The notes under the pieces are model-generated. The model saw only the letters and a program-made list of their open reading frames with translations. It made no database searches and had not been told where the DNA came from. 64,000 nucleotides of DNA from Histomonas meleagridis 2922-C6/04-290x (taxonomy: Eukaryota; Protista; Parabasalia). Made by a program: the position numbers and the translations under genes. Positions 58,067-64,000 of this stretch are shown in pieces. Where the stretch lies: assembly GCA_020184695.1 (NCBI GenBank), contig JAANOX010000205.1, forward strand, positions 620,001 through 684,000. Direction: 5' to 3'. The stretch's first letter is position 1, and every line of letters begins with the position of its first letter.

Positions 58067-59071
58067 GTGAACCAACAAGTTTTTTTTGGTAGTCCACACC
58101 AACTTTACAAATTTATAAAGACACATGAAAATGAAAGTGATATTTTCTATTCATATTTTATTCTTCAAGTTCCAAAACTTCATTATAAAACGGATGAACA
58201 TCTTGCAACACTTGTTCATGAAATTATCACGAAATGTCCATCAAAACGTGATTCATATATAAATGAATTATTTAAGGAAAGTAATACAATTCTTCGACGA
58301 GTATATGATCTAGGAGGAATTACAGAACAAGAAATACGAGAAAAAAATGCGACGAATTTCCAATGTTTTTGTGATTTATTTCATAATACGAATAATAAAT
58401 TCATATATGATTCAAAAGAAGAAACGATTACCAAAGATATGATTTATCATATTTATCTTGAAGGCACGATTGAAAGAGCGATTTTTTTTTTTTTTTCTGA
58501 AAAAATGCTTCAAATAATGAATGAACAACATAAAAACAAAAACACGAAAATTAATTTAAGTCCATTTTTCCATTATGAAAACGTTCCAACATTACTTGAA
58601 CTTGCATGTCATTGTAATTCTAAAAAATGTGTTAAAAAATTAGTTAATGGAATTGCAAAAGAAGAAATTAATGATTCGATTATTGATTATTGTATTATGA
58701 GTGGTGAAGGGACATTAGTGAAATATTTTGAAAAGAAATTTGGGAAAAGTATTAAAGGGAAATATCACCTTGCAGCAAATTACTTTAATGTTGATTGCTT
58801 AGTTGAATTGGAAGATGATGGTGAAGTCGAATTTGTATGGCGAAATGTTGAGAGCGTCTATAGTAATCATGATAAGGCTATATGTCAATTAGTTTATCCA
58901 GATGTGTATGAAATGTTGGAATGTAAGGCTTATAATGATATAACGAAATGGTTTTTATGCGTTGAAGGTATGTCACAATATGCAGGAAATACTTACGCTT
59001 CAAATGCTGTAGCAGCTGATAATGAAGAAATGGCAATATTCATCATTAATCAAGGAATAGAAATATTTTAA
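58067..59071 (+). CDS. Hypothetical ankyrin-like protein (334 aa)
   Basis: Continuous ORF with ankyrin-like TLLELAC..NS.KCVKKL and NAVAADNEEMAIFII segments; no 17-nt elements seen. Confidence 0.65.
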   Translation: MNQQVFFGSPHQLYKFIKTHENESDIFYSYFILQVPKLHYKTDEHLATLVHEIITKCPSKRDSYINELFKESNTILRRVYDLGGITEQEIREKNATNFQCFCDLFHNTNNKFIYDSKEETITKDMIYHIYLEGTIERAIFFFFSEKMLQIMNEQHKNKNTKINLSPFFHYENVPTLLELACHCNSKKCVKKLVNGIAKEEINDSIIDYCIMSGEGTLVKYFEKKFGKSIKGKYHLAANYFNVDCLVELEDDGEVEFVWRNVESVYSNHDKAICQLVYPDVYEMLECKAYNDITKWFLCVEGMSQYAGNTYASNAVAADNEEMAIFIINQGIEIF

Positions 59072-59667
59072 GTAAAAAATCTTATTTAAAAAAAAAAAAA
59101 AAATGAATTAAACAATCAATAAAATACATTCAAACCTTTGTTCTGCACTTGAATGCATTTTTTTTTAAGTTATTCTAAATACCAAACACAAAGAAGTGAT
59201 TAAACTTAATTTAAATTATGTTCAATGAAATATTGAAGTAGCTTTTTAATCAATGTGATACTTCGAACATATGATCTTTTTGACTGTATATGCATGAATT
59301 GGATTATATATTAAACACACAAAGTATCAAGGAATATTTGATGGACAATATTAAAATCTCTCTTTATTTTATTAATGTTAGCTTATGACAAAATACGAGT
59401 ATAATCCAAAATACTCTTTAATTAAAATTTTGGAGTTAAGTTTTTATCACAACAAAACTGATAAAAAGTGTGAGTAAAAAAAATGAACAAGCAGCTTTCA
59501 CATTTGATTTAAGCAAATACTGTTAAGGTTATTATTAATTAACAAATTTGTTGTTTTATCACATCAATCATTAAAAAATCTTGTAAAAATAAAAATAAAA
59601 TTAATGAAAAGTTTACTACAAAATGATATATTTACATAAATATATTTATTAAAATTAATACCGAAAT

Positions 59668-62600
59668 TTAAATATTTATAAAGTTATCTTCTTATTTAAA
59701 TTCTTCTGCAAATGGATCTTCTTTAATGTTTTTCCATTTTTGTTCCTGCTGCAAATACATTTGTTGAATCTTTATTTTCTTCATCTGTAACAATATCAAT
59801 TTTTTCAATATTTTGTTTCTTCTTCCAAACAAGAATTAATATTGCTATTACAATTGAAACAACAACAACAATTGCAATAGCAACACAAACACCAATAATA
59901 ATATCATTATTATTATTATTTAATTGTTCTCTAAAATCATTTTGATAAAAAATAGTAAAGAAATCAGAATAAAAACTTATGAATTCTGAAAATATAATAA
60001 CTTTATATTCATAATATATAAATTCTGTATAAGTAAAGATTCCATTCGAATTAGAAATTGTATTTGAAATATATGAATTATAAAGTGTAACTGTTTGTGT
60101 TAATGATATTGTATATGTTAAAAGAAATGAATGAGTTAATGTTGCATCGGGTGGAAATGAACTCGTGAAAGAGTTCGATTGTGAATATGTATTTGATTGT
60201 GAAAATGTATTAGTAAAAATAAATGGAAGACATTCATCAATTATCGAATTACTTACATTAAAAATATCAAAATGCTCTTCTATATATAAATCACTTGTCA
60301 TGACATTACTCAAATAAACATTGAAAAATGCATTCTCTTCAATGTTTGGCTCACAAGTACCATAAAAATAAATACAATTCAAATTAAAACAATTCATAAA
60401 TGCACTTCTCCCAATTTCTTTTACATTTTCACCAATAATAACTGTGTTTAAATTTGAAATATATTTATTAGAAGATGTTTCAATTAAATTATTCATATTT
60501 GAAGAAGTAGGTGTTACAATTTCTGGATAATAAATTAATGAATAAAATGCATATTCTCCGATTGTTATAACTGAATTTGGAATATATATATATTGTAATG
60601 AATAACAATATGCAAAATGCATAAGATCCAATAGATTTTACATATTCTCCGATAACAATATTTAATAAATTTAAATTTAATGCAAATGCATAATTTCCAA
60701 TTGAAGTTACAGATTTTGGGATTTGAAATATTTTATTTGAAATACCTTCTGGATAAATAATGATTTCTGAAATATTTTTATTATAAAGAATTCCATCATT
60801 ATTATAATTAGAATAAATTTGATTATCAGGTGAAATATTAATAATTTGAAGATTTCTACAGAGTAAAAAAGCTGTTGGAGATATTAATATAACTGAAGAA
60901 GGAATTGTAATATTAGTTAAATAAATACATGACTCAAATGCACTATCACCAATTGTTTTTTTAATTTTTTTCTCCCAATATAATTTTTCTAAATATTTAC
61001 AATTATAAAATGCATAATCATCAATTATTTCAACATTATTTCCAAGAATAATTGACTTTAAATAATTATTATCAGTAAAAAAATGAATCCTTCAATCAAA
61101 GTTACTGAATTTAATATTTGGAATGTGTTATTGAGAATACCTTCTGGATATATAATGATTGTCGAAATATTTTTATCATATAAAACTCCACTATTTTCAA
61201 GATTAGAATACATTTGATTATTAGAAGAAACATTAATAAATTGAAGTTTTTTTCACTTGATCGAAAAAGCTGTTGGAGATATTGTTGTAACTGAAGCAGG
61301 AATTGTTATATTTTTTAATGTAGTACATGAACTAAATGCATAATCACCAATCGTTTTTAAATTTTCTCCTAATATAACATTTTCTAAATTATAACAATCA
61401 TAAAATGCATAATTATTAATTAAAGTTACAGAATCTGTAATTTCAATAGTTCTTAAATTAGAACAGTAAGCAAATGCATAAGAATCAATTGTTTCTAAAT
61501 TTGAATTTAATGTAACAATTTCCAAATTATTACAATAACTAAATGTATAAGTACCAATTGAAACTATATAAGGTGGAAGTGGAACACCATTTACTTTATT
61601 TTTTCATAAAATGCATAATCTCCAATTGAAGTTAAACCAAAAGGAATATCGGTATCTGTGTTAATTCCAGGTGGGAAAAAAATAATTGTTGTTAAGTTTT
61701 TATCATATAAAACTCCACTATTTTCATAATTTGCATACATTTGATTATCAGATGAAACATTAATAAATTGAAGACTTCTACATGATCGAAAAGCTGTTGG
61801 AGATATTGATGTAACTGAAGAAGGAATTGTGATATTTTTTAAGGAAGTACAATAACAAAATGCATAATCACCAATAAATTCCAAATTTTCTTCTAAAATG
61901 ACATTTTCCAAACTATTACAATAATAAAAATGAATAACTTTTTAATTGAATTTACTGAATTTGGAATTTTTAACTGTTTTTTTAAAGTATTACAGTGAGA
62001 AAAATACATAAGAATTAATTGTTTCTAAATTTGATGAAAATATAACAATTTCCAAATTATTACAATAACCAAATGCATAAGTACCAATTGAAAATATTTG
62101 AGATGGGAATGCAATTTCATAGAATACACTACAACCATAAAATGCATAATCTTCAATGTAATTTACAGAATCAGGAAGTGTAATTTCTGTTCCATCATTT
62201 CCAATTGGATAAATTATAATTTTTGTAATGAATTTATCATATAGAAGTCCATCATTATAATAATTAGAATATATTCGATTATCAGGTGATACATATATAA
62301 ATTGAAGATTTTTGACAAAATGAAAAAAAGATGTTGATGATATTGATGTAACAGAAGCAGGAATTGTTATATTTCTTAAAGAAGTACAATAACCAAATGC
62401 ATGATTACTAATTGTTTCCAATTTTTTTCTCCCAATATAATAATTTCTAAACTAGTACAACTATCAAATGCATAACTATTAATCGTTATTACTGAATTCG
62501 GAATTGTAATATTTTTTAAATTATTACAATCACAAAATGCATTGTCATGAATTATTTCCAAATTTTTTCCAAATGTAACATTTCCCAAATTATTACAAGA

Positions 62601-63068
62601 ATAAAATGCATAAATATTAATCACTTTTAAATTATCACCAAATGTAACATTAACTAAATTATAACAATATTCAAATGCTCTTTCTTCAATAGAAATTACT
62701 GAATTTTTAATTTCAACTGTTAGAAAATAAAAGTTTCGAAATGATCGATATGGAATATGTCTTATTTCACCTTCAATTATTACATGTTCTACATCATAAT
62801 ATAAATATCCTTTTTTTAATTCACTATATTTATTTAATATAAGAGTTTTTGTTGTGTTATCAAATACTTCGATCCCATGAATAAAAAATATCGAAAAAAT
62901 AAATATATTTAAGAACTTTTCTCTTTTATGTGAGCGATTGTTAAAAAGTTTTGTTGGAAAATCGATTTTTAAAAAAATAAATAAAAAGAAGAATGAAAAG
63001 AAAATGATAGTTTTGTTTTGTGTTAACTGAAGGAAAAAATATCGAAAACGAATAATTTTTTCATTCAT
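59668..63068 (-). CDS. BspA-like surface protein, second copy, fragmented by homopolymer frameshifts
   Basis: Near-identical to 43126-46509; ORF fragments 62376..63314, 61990..62421, 61591..61911, 61253..61525 and 59723..60631. Confidence 0.8.
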
Positions 63069-64000
63069 GTTAGAAATTTGATGAAATTGTTTCAAAAAAG
63101 GTTTTAAAATTGAACTATAAGTTAGGGTACGATATTTCTTGTTTGCATGATGTTGATAAATATTACTTGTATTAATGAAATATTTTTCATGGTTGAAATC
63201 AAAATTTTGATTTTTAAAAATATTTGTTTTATCATTGACCAATTTTCTAGAATGAAAATGAACAAGCTCACCAAAACATGGAAACCTTGATAACACTAAA
63301 CAATGGAAAATCATTGGTTAATTTCGATGTTTGAAACGCCCAGATTTTCTGATTGAATATACCGTTAAAATTTCAGTTCATGAGTTTTGCGACGATTGTT
63401 TTTTCAACTGTACATTCAATTTTTTTTATTTCATTGAAATTTTGAATTCATTTCCTCAGCTTTTGAGTATATGGAAATTGTTATAAAATACCCTTGTTTC
63501 TCTCCAATTCGCTGTATTCAATTTTCTTGACACATAAATTGAATAAAAAACCGTTTTCATCCATATTTCCTGCAAGCATTTTTCTTTTGCTGATTACAAA
63601 TGTCTGGATTTGTACGGGTTAATGGACCTCTGTATTTAACCGCGTTGCCCTCATGTCATTTTTTTAAAAATCATTTTTATCAAATTATTCATATTTTTGT
63701 TTTTAACCTAAGAAAGGTCAAGAGACGAATTTTAAGCCAATGATGACTTTTAGATACAACATTAAGGGAACATAAAGCCACTCAACAAAAAAAAACTGAA
63801 ATTTGCAAAATTGAATTATTTGTTTAATCATTCAATTCTTCAATATTTTTAATGATCAACATTCCCTACAGTATCATGCAATTGTTCTTCAAGTCATAAC
63901 AATCTTTGCCTTTTTGCATGTGATAATTTGAGATTTCACTAAATCATAATTTGGGATTACACTCTGAGCATTTTCATTCATATAGCTTCCTCATTTCTTT

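Larger units (their letters stand above)
57508..63492 (-). repeat. Right arm of the large inverted duplication
   Basis: Reverse complement of 42705-48391, plus a 273-bp segment (58640-58912) missing from the left arm. Confidence 0.92.

Noticed and set aside
42705-63492. Giant DNA transposon with long terminal inverted repeats
   Set aside because: No transposase or integrase and no target-site duplication; the arms consist of ordinary host genes.

Overview
AT-rich eukaryotic genomic DNA, almost certainly from a parabasalid protist (Trichomonas/Tritrichomonas/Histomonas-like). This is inferred from BspA-like LRR surface proteins, DUF3447-type ankyrin genes, several Myb genes and essentially intronless housekeeping genes. 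The window holds about 30 protein genes, including a divergent H2B/H2A pair, profilin, PP1, a kinase, a Rab, a TBC RabGAP, a CDF zinc transporter, a cathepsin B-like protease, a cytidine deaminase and a bacterial-like beta-helix protein. A ~5.7-6.0 kb inverted duplication (42705-48391 / 57508-63492) carries a BspA gene and a tRNA-Ile(UAU). Homopolymer indels are common, so single-base frameshifts are probably partly assembly error. Main discovery: the ankyrin-repeat regions look broken, but each repeat is interrupted at its loop by 1-4 intervening sequences of almost invariably 17 nt. These start RT(T), mostly end in TT(T), carry no 3' AG, and are separated by single codons. Removing them by hand restores textbook ankyrin repeats (e.g. 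DINAKTNSGETAF, NENKYGWTPL, NLKNQNGNTAL) and long continuous ORFs. About 90 such elements occur at six loci (hand count). This points to a non-canonical ultra-short intron, excision or bypass system with 3-nt microexons.
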